A stretch of DNA of 64,000 bases. Origin: Cyanophora paradoxa CCMP329. Taxonomy: Eukaryota > Plantae > Glaucophyta. This document shows, piece by piece, positions 48,878-60,370 of this stretch. Within the stretch, counting starts at the first letter, position 1. Each line of letters opens with the position of its first letter. The notes beneath the pieces were generated by a model. That model saw only the letters and a list, made by a program, of their open reading frames with translations. It searched no databases and had not been told where the DNA came from. The DNA is taken from assembly GCA_004431415.1 (NCBI GenBank), contig QPMI01000477.1:310001-374000 (forward strand), in the 5' to 3' direction. Made by a program: the position numbers and the translations under genes.

Positions 48878-51773
48878 CCGCGGGCGTTCCGATGTCAGCG
48901 AACGTCGAACCCAAGACGTAAGCCACATCCTACCCAAACCCTATCCCCTCCGCGCTCGCACCTGGATGCAGCGGAGGGCGGTGTGGAGCCAGGCGAGGCG
49001 GCGCTCCGGGGCGTCGGCGTCGAGGCGGGCGAAGCCGTCCACGGAGATGAAGGCGGCCGAGAGGATCCGCAGCTCGTTCGTGATCCTGGGGGGGGGGGGG
49101 GGGGGGGGGAAGGAGGGGGAGGGGGCGAGTTGGACGAGGGGGGGGGGGGGGGGGGGCGGGAGGGACGAAGGGGGGCGCAGGTCCCTACTACAGCGAGAGC
49201 TCTGGATCCGTCGCATTTGATTGGAGGGGGAGGGGAGCAGATCTCTACAGCGAGAGCTCTAGCTCTAGATCGCTGGGCTCTTTCCGTTTCCGGCGAGTTG
49301 GACGAGGGGGAGGCAGGGGGAGGGGGAGGGGAAGGGAGGCAGGGGGGCGCAGGTCCCTCCAGATTAAGCTCTAGATCCGTTACGTTTTCATGTCGAATTA
49401 TGCTTCGCTGTGCCAGCTGCAGCTGCAGGGATCAGGGGCGGGGCGGGGCGGGGCGGGGCGGACCGGTCGCCAGCCTCGAGGGCGAGGGCGACGTCGGGGG
49501 CGAGCAGCGGCAGCAGCGCCGCGTCGGCCGCCGCCTGCGCACGCGAGCGAAGCGGGCGGGCGCGGGCGCGGGCGAGCTCGAGGTCAAACACGGCGCGCGC
49601 CGCCCATTCTGAGGCTGGCGCTGTATGCACGTGCTGTTGTTTTATGTTATGGTGGAAGGTGCGGGAGGCGGTAACACGATATACAAGATGATACCATATA
49701 TAGCGGGAAGAGGAGCGGGGGGGGGGAGGGGCGGGGGGCGGGGGCGGGGGCGGGGGCGGGCACCTGGACGACGCCGACGCCCTCGTCGTCGTCAGAGGCG
49801 CTGGAGAACCCGAGGTCGCCACCGCGGCTCCCGTCCGACCCCGAGAGCGGCGGCGACGCGGGGCCCGACTCCGCGCCCCGCCCGGCGCCGCCGGCCGCGC
49901 CGGCGGCGCGGCTGCTCCGGCGCCGCGCGGCGGCCGCGGGGGCGGCGGAGCGCGAGCGGCCGATGGAGCCGATGGAGGGCGCGGCGCGCGACACGGAGCG
50001 GACCGACGGGCGGGCGCCCTCGGGCGAGCCGTCCCCGCGGCGCCGGAAGCTGAGGCTCAGGGCGGACATGGCGGGCGACTGGGGCGAATTCGGCCCCGCC
50101 GGCGCCGGCCGGAGGGGGGCGAGGAAAGGTGCCTGGCGGCGAGGTGCGGGGCGGGGGAGGAGGCGCGCCCGCGCTGCGAGGCCGGTCCCTGCGCCAGGGC
50201 GCGCCGCGCGGCGGCCCACTCGCGGTCGCGCTGGATCTCGTCGGCGTCGCGGGGGCCGTAGACGGCGTACCCCCCTCGCACTCCCGCAGCGCCCGGAGCG
50301 TGTCGATGGCGCCCGCGAGGCCGGCGACCTCGGGGCCGCCGAGACCTCGCCGGCCTGCGCGAACCGCAGCGCCGGCGCCAGCCGCTGCAGCGGGGCCCCC
50401 ACGACGCACAGCTCCGGCCTCGCCAGCGGCGCCCGCCGGGCGCTGCTGCTCCGCCCGCTCCGCCCGCCCAGCGTGAGAGCCCAGAAGCGTCCCGCAGCCA
50501 CCGCCACTGCGCAGACCGCGCCGGCCGGCGTCAGCCGCAGCCTCTGAGATGCAGCGGGCGGTGCCTCGGGGGAGGGGGGGAGGCACCGTGGAGCTGCAGG
50601 GGCGGAAGCTCCGCTCCCCTGCGCCCCCGGCCCGGCACGGCCCGGCGTCGGCCCCCGGGCAGGCAGGGACAGATCCAGAGGGCCTAGGGGCGTGCGTGCG
50701 CGCACGAAGGGGACTTGGAGGAGGGCCCGTCCGCGGGGCCGGGGCCGGCGCCCCGGTCCTGCGCGACGTCGACGGCGAGCTCGAGGGCGGCCGCGCTCGC
50801 CTCCGCGAGCTCGTCCTCCCCCTCGGCGTAGAGCATCAGGAGCACCGCGTCCCCCAGGAACCGGACGCAGTCGCCTGCGCCGAGAGTCAGCGGCGGCGAC
50901 GTGGGCGGGATCCGAATCCGGAGGGGCGGGCGGGCGCGCCGCCGCGGGCGCGGGCGAGGCGTAGCACGCGGGCGAAGGTCGCATTCAGGGCGACGTGGAG
51001 GGCGTCGGCGCCGCGGTGCGCGCCGCCGCCCTCTGTGAGGCGCTCGGCGAGGGCCACGCTGCCCACGACGTCCACGAGGAGGCAGGCGGCCCAGAAGCTC
51101 TCGCACGCCGGCGAGGGCAGCGCCAGCGCCGGCTCCTGCTCGTGCTCCGCGTCGTCCAGGTCGTCCTCCGGATCCGGGCCCGGGCCCGGGTCCGCCAGCG
51201 GCGCCGGCGCCTCGCGCTCGCGCTCGCGGCCCAGGTCGGCGCCGCCCCGATCGGCATCGTCGCCCTCGGGCCCCGCCGACCGCCGCGGCTCGGCGGGAGC
51301 ATGAAGGGCGCCGGCGAGGCGGTCGCGGCGCTCGACGGGGCAGCGGTACCGGCGCCGGCGTCCGCCGCGCCAGGCAGCTGCAGCTGCGCGGTCTCGCTGC
51401 GCCTGCGCCGCCCGTGGCCGAGGGCGATGCGCTGGTGCAGCGCTGAGAGGAAGTGGCGGGCGACGCGGGGCGCCCGCGGGTTCGCGTCGGGGCCGAGCGC
51501 CTGCGGGCCGCGGAAGCTCATGCTGCGGAGGATCTCGAAGCTCGCCGGCGGCTGCGCGCTCGACGCCCCAACGCGCGTTACGGGGTCGCCTCCGGCGCCG
51601 CCGCTGGCCGGAGAGGCGAGGGAGGCGAGGGAGCTGGGCGCGTCGGCGGTGCCGGGGCTGACGCGCGCCGTGGTGCGCGTCCACGCGCTCGCCGGCGAGA
51701 GGTGCGCCAGCGACGAGAGCGAGCTCGGGGCCATGGTGCTCGGGCTCGAGCTCCCGAGCATCCCGGATTTCAT
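37376..51773 (-). CDS. ADCY10: Soluble adenylyl cyclase-like protein (class III cyclase x2 + STAND NTPase + TPR/helical region)
   Basis: C1: LLVDVVGSVALAE...GADAL...LN and GDCVRFLGDAVL. C2: NELRILSAAFI, DDKG and [36 protein letters not shown]. P-loop LEGDGGTGRS, Walker B VDDAHALD, RSGGHPF and LVLARLDRL. The start could be 51734, 51773 or 51982. Confidence 0.85.
38190..38355. mobile_element. Intronic MITE-like element (related copies at 44461-44605 and, partial and inverted, ~38969-39078)
   Basis: Imperfect TIR AGATAG..CCT(A/T)AGGTGGCTTAGG / CCTAAGCC(A/G)CCT..GGCTATCT and a shared interior CACT(C/G)GGTGT..TTATCAACT..ACCGT(T/C)CCGGGCGGC. Confidence 0.6.
39796..39908. repeat. Intronic fold-back: perfect 24-bp hairpin plus an adjoining imperfect hairpin
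   Basis: CGGCTTCTCTTAGTTGAACAATTT-ATGATC-AAATTGTTCAACTAAGAGAAGCCG, then GCCGCGTTCGCTCGGTC...GACCGAGCGAACGCGGC. Confidence 0.9.
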
Positions 51774-52928
51774 CGACGATCGATGCCGGCCCGTGCGAAC
51801 GTGCCCGAGCTTTCCGTCACCGGCTGCCGCGCGGGGCTGGAGCTTTCAAGGCTGCTGAGAGGACTCGAGGAAATCGTGCCGCGCGCCACTGCCGGGGCGC
51901 TGCGCATGCGTGGGTCGGGTCTCAGTGACTTCTGGGGAACGATGCGTGCCAAAAGACTGCAGCTGCTTACCGTGAGCGCCATTTGCGTTCTAGGGAGCGC
52001 GCGCGCCTGCCGTTGAGGTTGCGGCTGGGTGCGGGAATCAACCGCGCACGCATACGCTTTCGCTAACGCTTACGGCTGCAGTTGTTCGCGTTCCTCGCAG
52101 CAGCTGAACGTTAACGTTGTGCCGATGTCGAAGCTGACACGATCGCGAGGCCGAGGCCCGAGGGTGCAGCAGGGAGAAATGGGAAATCAGTTCGAAATCA
52201 CTGGGAATGCGTCGACGTCGACTCGGCGAAGACCGAAGAGTGCCGACGTTGACTCTCTGCCGAGCAGCTAGCTGCAGCCTGCAGCCGCGGCCCGCAGACT
52301 AGCTCCGCAGCTGCGCATTGCCCGCAGTCACGGCGCAGTGCGCGCAGGGGGTACGGGTTCTAGATCTAGATCTGCAACAGTACTAGTTCAACGTTAACGT
52401 TAACGTTTTAATTATTATTAACAGTGCTAGTAACTTAGTAGTAAGTAGTAAGTACAGGCTCGGCCGGTCTATTTTTTTTTTAAGATCTACGGTGGGCGTG
52501 CCCACTAGATCTGGGGCCAGATATCGATCAAAATTAATATCGGCGAAGCGGCGATTCGGGGCACAGGCCGGGCGGGATCGTTCGGAGCGCTACCTGATAG
52601 CCTATAGCTACTAGCTAGTAACCTGCTAGGCTTTAGCTTGAACCCCGTATGCGGCTGACACCGCAGTGACACGCCGGCTGTACATGTGCCGTGCCGCTGT
52701 CACACGTACAGGCTGTGTACGTACAGGTAACAGGTGCAGTGTGCGGCGGCGGCCGCCCCGGACCCCTGCCCGCGCCAGATCTAGCAGTAGATCTCGATAT
52801 CGGATGGGAGGCCGCGGAGTGCAAGCGACCTCGGCCCTGTTCCCATCGCGCCCTCAGCCTCACAGGCCGCCGCAAGCTGCGTACACGGGAGAAGGGGGGG
52901 CGGGAGGCGGGGGGCGGGGGCGCCCCCC

Positions 52929-55900
52929 TCACTCCGGCTCCTGGTAGTTGCGGGCCCTGCGGGGCGGCGCGCGGGCGGGGTCGGCGGCGGTGCGCATGCG
53001 GAGGGGCGGAGGGGCGGGCGGGGCAGGCGGACATGTCCCAGTAGTGCTCGACGGAGAAGCGTGCGAGGAAGGCCTTCGCGTCGGCGTCCGTCTTGCAGTT
53101 CTCGAAGCTGAAGCGGTCGAAGGCGCGCTTGAGGACCGTCCCCTGCCACGCCAGCACGCACCGGTTCTTCGGCCGCTTCTCGTCCTCCTCCTCCTCCTCG
53201 TCCTCCTCCGCCGCCGCCGCGCCGGCCTCGGGCTCCTTCTTGGCGGGCCGCGTGCTCCAGTCGATGCGGTGGAGCATGAGGCGCGAGTAGCGCTTGATGG
53301 ACTTGGCGCCGCCCTCGACGATGACGGCAGAGCAGCCCTCGCGCACGATGGCGACCCCCGTCAGCAGGTTCTGCTGCGCGTTCACGTCCACCTTGTACTT
53401 GTGCTGCTTGTGCTCCAGCCGGTCGATCCTGCGAGGCCGGTGAGGCCCGAGCGCGGGGGGCGGGGCGGGGCGGGGCGAGGGGGGTACCGGTAGAGGGCGA
53501 CGTGGATCTCGGTCTCCGTGTCGGCGAGGAGCTTGCTCCGCGTCTTCTCCGTCCGCTCCTCCTTCGTCAGCTTCCGCGCCGCGTTCGCGTCCTCGTGCCC
53601 CTTCTGCCGCGCCGCCACCTGCTCCCGCACCTGCGCGCGCGCCCCCCCGCGGGACCCGGGCCTCGGCACGTGCCCCCAAAGCTTCGCGCCGCCCCGTGCA
53701 CCTTCTTCTCGAGGGCCGTCGGATCTGCTACCGCCTGGTTCCCCAGCACCTTCATCATGTTCGAGAGCTTGACTGCGGGCCGTTCGGTCAGCCCGGGCGG
53801 CGCCCGGCGGGGGCCCCGGCCCGGGCGGGCGCACGCTTCGGCTCCGGGGGGGGAACGAGCCCCAGGCGGACTTGGTCCTGCTTCTCCTTCTCCGCCTCGG
53901 CCCGGTTCCGCTTCCGCAGCTTCTTCCGCTCCTGCGCCCGCCCGCCCGCCCGCCGGCCGGCCTCAGAGCGGCGGCGGAGGAGGAGGAGGGGCGCAGGGGT
54001 AGCGAGCGGGCCTTGGCGGTGAGCATGAGGGGCCGAATCGGGGGCGCGGGCGGCTCGGCGGGCGGCTCGATGGGGACGGGGTGCTGCACGTAGATCGTCA
54101 CGTTGGCCTCGTTCAGCGCGACCGAGCCGTCCTCGCCCACGCTCTCGTACGAGCCGCCGGCGAGCACCGGCTCGTCCCACCACTCCACCTCCGGCGTGTA
54201 CTCGAGCAGCGCCGGCGGCAGAGACTGAGAGGCGGGGCGGGGCGAGGTCAATCAAGGGGCGCGGATCGGGGCGGAGCGGGGCGGGGCGGGGCGGGGCGGG
54301 GCGGGGCGGACCAGGGCGCCCGAGGGGCCGGCCTTCTTGGCGAGGGCGCCGGCCCCGCCGACGGGGATCAGGTTCGCGTCGAGGCCCTCGGCGCCCTCCT
54401 CCGCCTCCCGCTCCTTCCGCTCCTTGTTCATCTCGTCCGCCAGCGCCTGCGCGCCCCGCCCGCGCCCCGCCCTCGGCCCAAACGCAACGCCGAGCGGGGC
54501 GGAGCGACGCTGAGGTACGGACCCTGGCGCGCATATGCTCGCCCTTCTTGACGAAGGTGCCCGGCTCGACGAACTTGAAGTTGCGCTTGGAGCGCGCCCC
54601 GCTCGGGTTGATCGGCACGCGCGGGTCGAAGAACGGGTTCTTCGCCCGGTCCGTCTCCTGCTCCCCGCCGCGTCGGCGTCGGCGCCGGAGCGGAGCGGCG
54701 CAGGCGCGGGGCCCGCTCAGGGAGGGCGGCGCGCACCAGTCTGGGGGTCTCGATCTTGAATGCCGCAAGCTTCTTGCGCATGACGTTCGCCTGCAGAGGC
54801 GCTTAGGGGCGGCGCGCGGGAGGGCGGGGGCGGGGGCGGGCGGGCCTTGAGGGTCGCGACGGGGGCGAAGACGGGCTTGTTGACGACCACCTTGCCCGAG
54901 GAGTCGAGCTCGCGACCCTCCTTGTCGACGATGAGGGGCGGCGGGACGAAGCCCTTGATCCCCATCGAGCTCATCGCGCCCATCGCGCCCATCTTCGCCG
55001 CCAGCGCCTGCGCCGCCGCCGCCGCTGCGCCCGCCCCCGCGTCGGGCCCCGCGCGGCCGGCGCGCGGGCGAGCGGGCGGGCGGGCGCAGCGGCCGGCGCA
55101 CCCGCCGCGATGCTGTTGGCCGAGATTGGTATGTTCGAAGGCGACGGAGCCAGCGGCGTCGGCGACGCCGCGGGTCCTGCCGCGGCTGCGTCTTTCCTCG
55201 CCTACGGTGCCAGGGTCTCAGCGGGCCGGCGCCGGCGCCAGGGCAAAGCGGGGCGGGGCGGGGTGGAGCGGGGCGGGGCGGGGCGGGGCACGCCTGCATG
55301 GCCTTCATCTGCTCCTGGATCTTCTTCTGCAGCAGCGCCGCCTGCTTCGCCTTCTCGACCGCCGCGAGCGCCTCCGCTATGTTCGACTTGGCGCCGGGCT
55401 CGCCGGCCTTGGCGGCCGCCCCCTCGCCCGAGGCCCCCGCCGGCGAGCTCTCACCGCCCTCTGGCTCTGGGGACTTTTTGGGCTGCAGGACCTTCGACGT
55501 GAGACTCGACACCAGCGACGCCAGCTGCGCGCACGAGCGCCGGCCCGTCACGCCCCGCCCGCCCCGCAGAAAGGAGCGAAAAGGAGGCTCGCCTGCTGCG
55601 GAGAGGGCAGGGCCGCCGCTATGGCCGCCACAGATCCTACCGGCTTCGCCGGCTCCGCGTCGTCGTCCCACCTCCGCTTCTTCCGCTCCTTCTTCTCCTC
55701 CTTGGGAGGGGCCGAGCCAGCCGCGCCCGCTGCTGCCCCCGCCGAGGGCGCTTGGCTCGCAGATGAACCGGCGGTGGGAGGCGGGCTTGGTGCTGCCGCC
55801 GGCGCCGCTGCGGCTTGCCCCGCAGCAGCCTCGCTCATGGCGCCCGACCCATTTGCTCGCCCACGATCATCCTCGCCGTCCCGGCCATCCGCCTTGCTGG

Positions 55901-56330
55901 GCTTGTCATCCCTGCCGATGCAAGACGCTTGAGCGCGCCCGCGGCGCTCGAGTTGCGCGGGCGGACCGGCTATCTTCTAGCTTGACTCGTTTCTTCCCGT
56001 CCTCCTCGTCCGGTTCGTGCTTGCGCTTCGCGTCCCGACTCTCTTCGGAATAGCGCTTCGCCCGCTGGAAAAGCCGCTCCACGAAGTGCTTGACTTCGGA
56101 GCGGCCGACAAGCTTCTCTAGCTTGGCTGCGGGCGGGAGCGATCGTCGGACGGCCGTCACGCGGCGGAAGGGGGCGCGCTGGCACCTTCGGCATCGCTGG
56201 CGGAGAGGTCCTTCTCGACGCATTCGACCACCAGTGCGAGCGAGCGCGACGAGGTGTCCGCCTTGACCGCCTCTAGCTTCTCCTTCGACCAGCTCCGTAG
56301 CTTCGCGACATGCTTCTCATCCAGGAACAT
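52929..56330 (-). CDS. PRPF3: U4/U6 snRNP protein Prp3
   Basis: N-terminal PWI-like MFLDEKHVAKLRSW..., NPFFDPR, FKFVEPGTF, PEVEWWD, IYVQHPVPIEPP, LGLVPPPEPK, HKYKVDVNAQQNLLTG, IVEGGAKSIKRYSRLMLHRIDW and VEHYWDMA. Confidence 0.95.
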
Positions 56331-56417
56331 CGCGCCAGCTTTGCAGCCGCGCCGATGACCGGGGGTACGGCCACGTCAGACCAGGCCGAAGAAACCGGAC
56401 GAAATCGCAGCCCTGCG

Positions 56418-57820
56418 ATGGCGGCGACGGACGAAATCGCAACCCTGAAGCATCAGTTGCAGCAGGAGAAGCAGAGGAACGCGACCTTGCAGGAAGAGCT
56501 GAAGCGGGCGAAGGCGGCCGCGATCCAGCTCCAGAACGAAGTCGGTGAGTGATCCGCGCCGCGGGGGACGAATAATGCGATCCCGTAGCCAAGTCCCTGA
56601 CCCCTGCGCCGCAGAGAAGGAAGAGGAGGTTCACACATTTGCCCCCCGTGACCGCACACCCGCGCCCGCTCTAACTTGCCGTCGCTCGGTTGGCAGCTCA
56701 TTACAAACCGTCTTACGAAGCGGGTAGGTCCCTCGCCGTCCCCATCCCCAGCCAAGCGACGACCTGATCGTCGTCGGGCAGTTGGCTGAGCTGCAGGCGG
56801 AGAAGGAGAGGCTAGCTCTTGAAGTGTACGCCCCGTTGTATACGTTCCCGCTTTGGTCCGTCTGACCGCTGATGCAGAGAACTGGAGGAGTGAGTCCTTG
56901 TTTGCGTGGGAGCAAGTGCAGCGGCTTGGCGCGACGCCCTGAATGTTTCCTTTCGCGCAGAGAGTATCTTGTGAACAACCTGCAAAAGAAACTCGACGCC
57001 GTGAAGCGGGAGAAGATCGACATGGAAAACCAGCTAGAACAGGAGCAGGTCCGTGTCTCTGGCCGGTCATCCGCCGCGCCACCGCCTCTGATCGAGTGCC
57101 CGATGCGCAGGAATACATCACAAATCGCCTTGTGAGCAGAGCTGACCTCCACAGCGGATCCCTCCCCTGGTCTTGCCTGACATCCGGCCACGCAGCAAAA
57201 ACAGCTCGAGAAGGCGATGCACGAGAAGGCGGAGCTAGAAAAGATACTAGACGAGGAAGCGACTACGCTGGTGGAGCAGCTCCTCCTCCGGATGCACTGC
57301 GAGCCGCCCGCCCCGAAGTACGTGCCCTGCCACTCGCCCTGCTCGAAGTGTTCACGCTTCCTTCCCCGGCAACAGCAAGCGGATCGATGCCGTTGAGGAG
57401 CGCGTCATTTCGCGGATGGCGAAGGAGATCGAGACGCTGCGGGTCCAAGGTCCGTCCGCTCGCTTGCGCCGCGGCGCTGCCGCCTCGCTTCGCCGACTCG
57501 GATTGTCTTCGTCCTCGCAGTCTCGTCGCTTGGCGGCAAGCCGATCATCAGCTCACCCCTCGTCAAGCAAGGTAGCCGCCGGCCGAGCTTGCAGTCCCCG
57601 CGGGCTGCCGTCGGCCAGTCGCCTCGCAAAGAGAGCTAACAGCGTGACCGTGCCGTCCCTTCCTCCTACGGCCCGGCGATTGCTGTACATTCGATTCCAT
57701 AGCTAGTTCAAACGCCTTCCCCGCCCCAAGCTGGACCACGCCTCCTTCCTGCCCTGCCCCCGCCGAAGTCGAACCTCCTACCTGCCCTACCTACCCCCTC
57801 AAACAGCCAATTTCATGATC
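56418..57820 (+). CDS. CCDC6: Coiled-coil domain-containing protein 6 (DUF2046 family); 3' end approximate
   Basis: EKEEE|LITNRLTKR|LAELQAEKERLA...EYLVNNLQKKLDAVKREKIDMENQLEQEQ|EYITNRL matches the CCDC6 repeat pattern. An alternative in-frame ATG lies at 56355. Confidence 0.8.
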
Positions 57821-57890
57821 AGGCAGCCCCGGCCACAGCCGGCTGTCCATGTCAGTTTGCGAGCACATTGTTTTGATCAGATGAACTTTT

Positions 57891-59241
57891 TCATGGCACG
57901 GGTGCGGAGAGCTGGCTGGACGATCCGCCGAGGATGGCCATGTAGTTCGGGAGCTTTGGGGGGCGCGGGTGGGGCCGGGTCGGCGGGTCAGAGCCCGGCT
58001 CGACGCGGCGCCGGTTGCGCCCGCGCAGAAACGCGAGGGCGCAGGCGGGCCCGGCCGCGACGGCCGCCTCGTCCTCCGTCCCGCTGCTCGAGCCGGCGTC
58101 CGCCTCGACGTCCGGAGGCTGCGTAGCGAACGGCAGGTCGGCCGCCGACGGCGGCGCCGGGGCCGGCGCGGCGCTCGCGTTGCTGCTGCTGCTGCTGCTG
58201 CCCCCCGCGGCAGTATGTTGTCCCCGATCCGCATCCTGGGATCCGGACCCGGCGGCCGCCGCCGATCTCCTCGCCCGCTTTCGCATGCTGCTGGAGGAGT
58301 AGGACCGGGGCCGGGGCTCGTCCGCGGGGCTCTCCATCCACCCGGGGTCCTGCGTGGGGGCGAAGTCCCACAGAGACCCCCACCCTGCGCAGCCCGTCAA
58401 GGGGGGCCGGGCCAGCGCTGCTAGCGCTCCAGAGGGGCGCGGGCTGCGCTTGCCTGGAACGCGCGCAAGCGCTTCCTCCTGCGACGAGCTGATCGTAATG
58501 TCGGCCGCCGTCAGACCGCATTCATCCGCCGCTGGCCGCTCTGCAGCGCCGGCCGAAGTCTGGACGCATGCCTTAGGAGGAGGCCGCAGGCGACGCGGGC
58601 GGCGCTGCGGCGCACGGGGGCCGGCGCCGCGGGCTCGATCGCAGGTTTCCTGAGGAGCCGCCGGACTTCCGGGTCGTCCTGGAGGGGCCGGAGGCTGCCC
58701 GACGCGCTCGCCCCGCCGCTGGAGGAAGCCCCGCTCCGGACGGAGCTCGCCTGCCCGATGACCTTGAGGCTGCCGCGCAGGACGGACCGTGAGTTTAGAT
58801 AGCGGCTTGTACATAGCAAGCCCGCGCACCGCTGGATGGCGAGCCGCAGTTCCGGGCCGGAGGCGCCGGCCTCCACTTTGACGGCCAAATCGGCCAGGCG
58901 TAGCTCGATGATGTGCCCCTCGAGCTTGCTCCGGTCTTTCCTGAACCTCCTGAGCGCACGGGCGTCAGGCAGCTAACCCGCAAGCGGCCGAGGCACACTC
59001 GGCAGAATTCGAAATCGCACCCTTCGATCTGGCCCGGGGCGACCGTAGCGCACATCCAGTGCGTCTTATCCCCTATCTCGATGTCGAGCTGCTCCGTGGC
59101 GGCCGGTACGCGCGTGACCTGGGCGCAGAACGCTTTGGAGGTCGAGGCGCGCGTCCTACTCGCCCCGGCCGGCTGGTCCGCGCCGCCGGAGAGCTTCCTC
59201 AGCACCACGCCCCTCAGCCAGGAGTCCAGCACCCGCGCCAT
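57891..59241 (-). CDS. TPP1/ACD/Est3-like OB-fold protein with a disordered SQ/TQ tail
   Basis: LDSWL...AQVTRV...IEIGDKTHWMCATV...LEGHIIEL...LRLAIQR...PLQDDPEVRRLL follows the TPP1/Est3 OB pattern (LxPWI, Q, ISDGxHxIxA, GxIIxL, DPxV). Confidence 0.55.
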
Positions 59242-59418
59242 GCCCGGCGACCGCTCGTCCGGTCCGGTACGGACGGCGAGACGCAGAAAGCGCGGTACAG
59301 CTACAGGAGCTGTTTTTTGGATGCGAGCGGAGCCGCGCGTTCAGCTTTGCGGAGTCCGGCCGCCCAAGTTTGGCGGGTACGTGTATCTCGAGAACTTTTT
59401 TTCACGGATTCCGGGACG

Positions 59419-60160
59419 ATGAGGAAACGCGAAAAGAGCAAGCGGGCGGCGACCACAACAGCACCCGCGCAGCGCTTTAGGATACAGCTGCCCTCCCTCC
59501 CGTCGTTCCGGCGCGTTGCCGGCGCGAAGCCCTCGCGGCTCGCCTTCGCGGCGTCCAGCCGCGGCGCAAGCGAGGACGCGAAGGCCGCGTCGTCTTCAGG
59601 TTCCGCTTCGTCAGCACCTGGCTACTCCGCGGATGGGTGCGCGCGGCGCTTGCGCGGACCGCCCGGTCTCACGCAGCGCGGGGCGCAGGCGCAACGCGAC
59701 GGCGGACAGCGCGCTGGACAGCAAGCCAGTGGTCGAGCAGAAGGGGGAGACGAGGTTGCTGGGCGTCGGCTCGGGCGTGGGGATCGGCATAGGCTACGGC
59801 CTGGGCTTGGGCATCGGCATCCCGATCCACGGCCTGACGCTGATCAACCCGATCGTCAAGGGCTTCGGGATCGGCTTCGGGGTGGGCCTGGGCTGCGGCA
59901 GCGGCGCGGGCCTGCGCCTGGGGCTCGGCGTCGGCTCGTGGGACAAGGCGACCGAGTTCGCGCCGGACGACGACGCCTTCTCGAGCACCTTCTGGCCCAA
60001 GGTCCCCCGCTGGCTCCGGCCCTCCTCCTTCCTCCCCAAAGCCCTCCAGCCCAAGGACCCCTCCGACCCCGAGGGCGAGTTCGACACGGACGCCTTCATG
60101 ATAGAGGAGGGCGCCGCCGACGGCAACAGCAGCAGCAACAAGGCCGCCGAGAAGCGATAG
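59419..60160 (+). CDS. Glycine-rich (GxGxG) membrane protein, TGD5-like
   Basis: Two exons. Basic/Ser-rich N-terminus, then GVGSGVGIGIGYGLGLGIGIP...GFGIGFGVGLGCGSGAGLRLGLGVG. Confidence 0.55.
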
Positions 60161-60370
60161 CGCCGGGCCCGCTGTCCTTTTTGCTCTTCGCACTCCGTAG
60201 CTACTTAGCTAGCCAGCCACCTTCCCCGTTGATCTGTCTATCTCCCCGCCCTCTCTTCCCAGCTTCTTCACGTCTCTAATCGTAATCATCAGCGCAATTC
60301 ACTTAAAGAGTATCGATACGCGGGACGTCCGGGCGCCGCCATAGCTACAGGCAGACCGGCGGCTGGCGCC

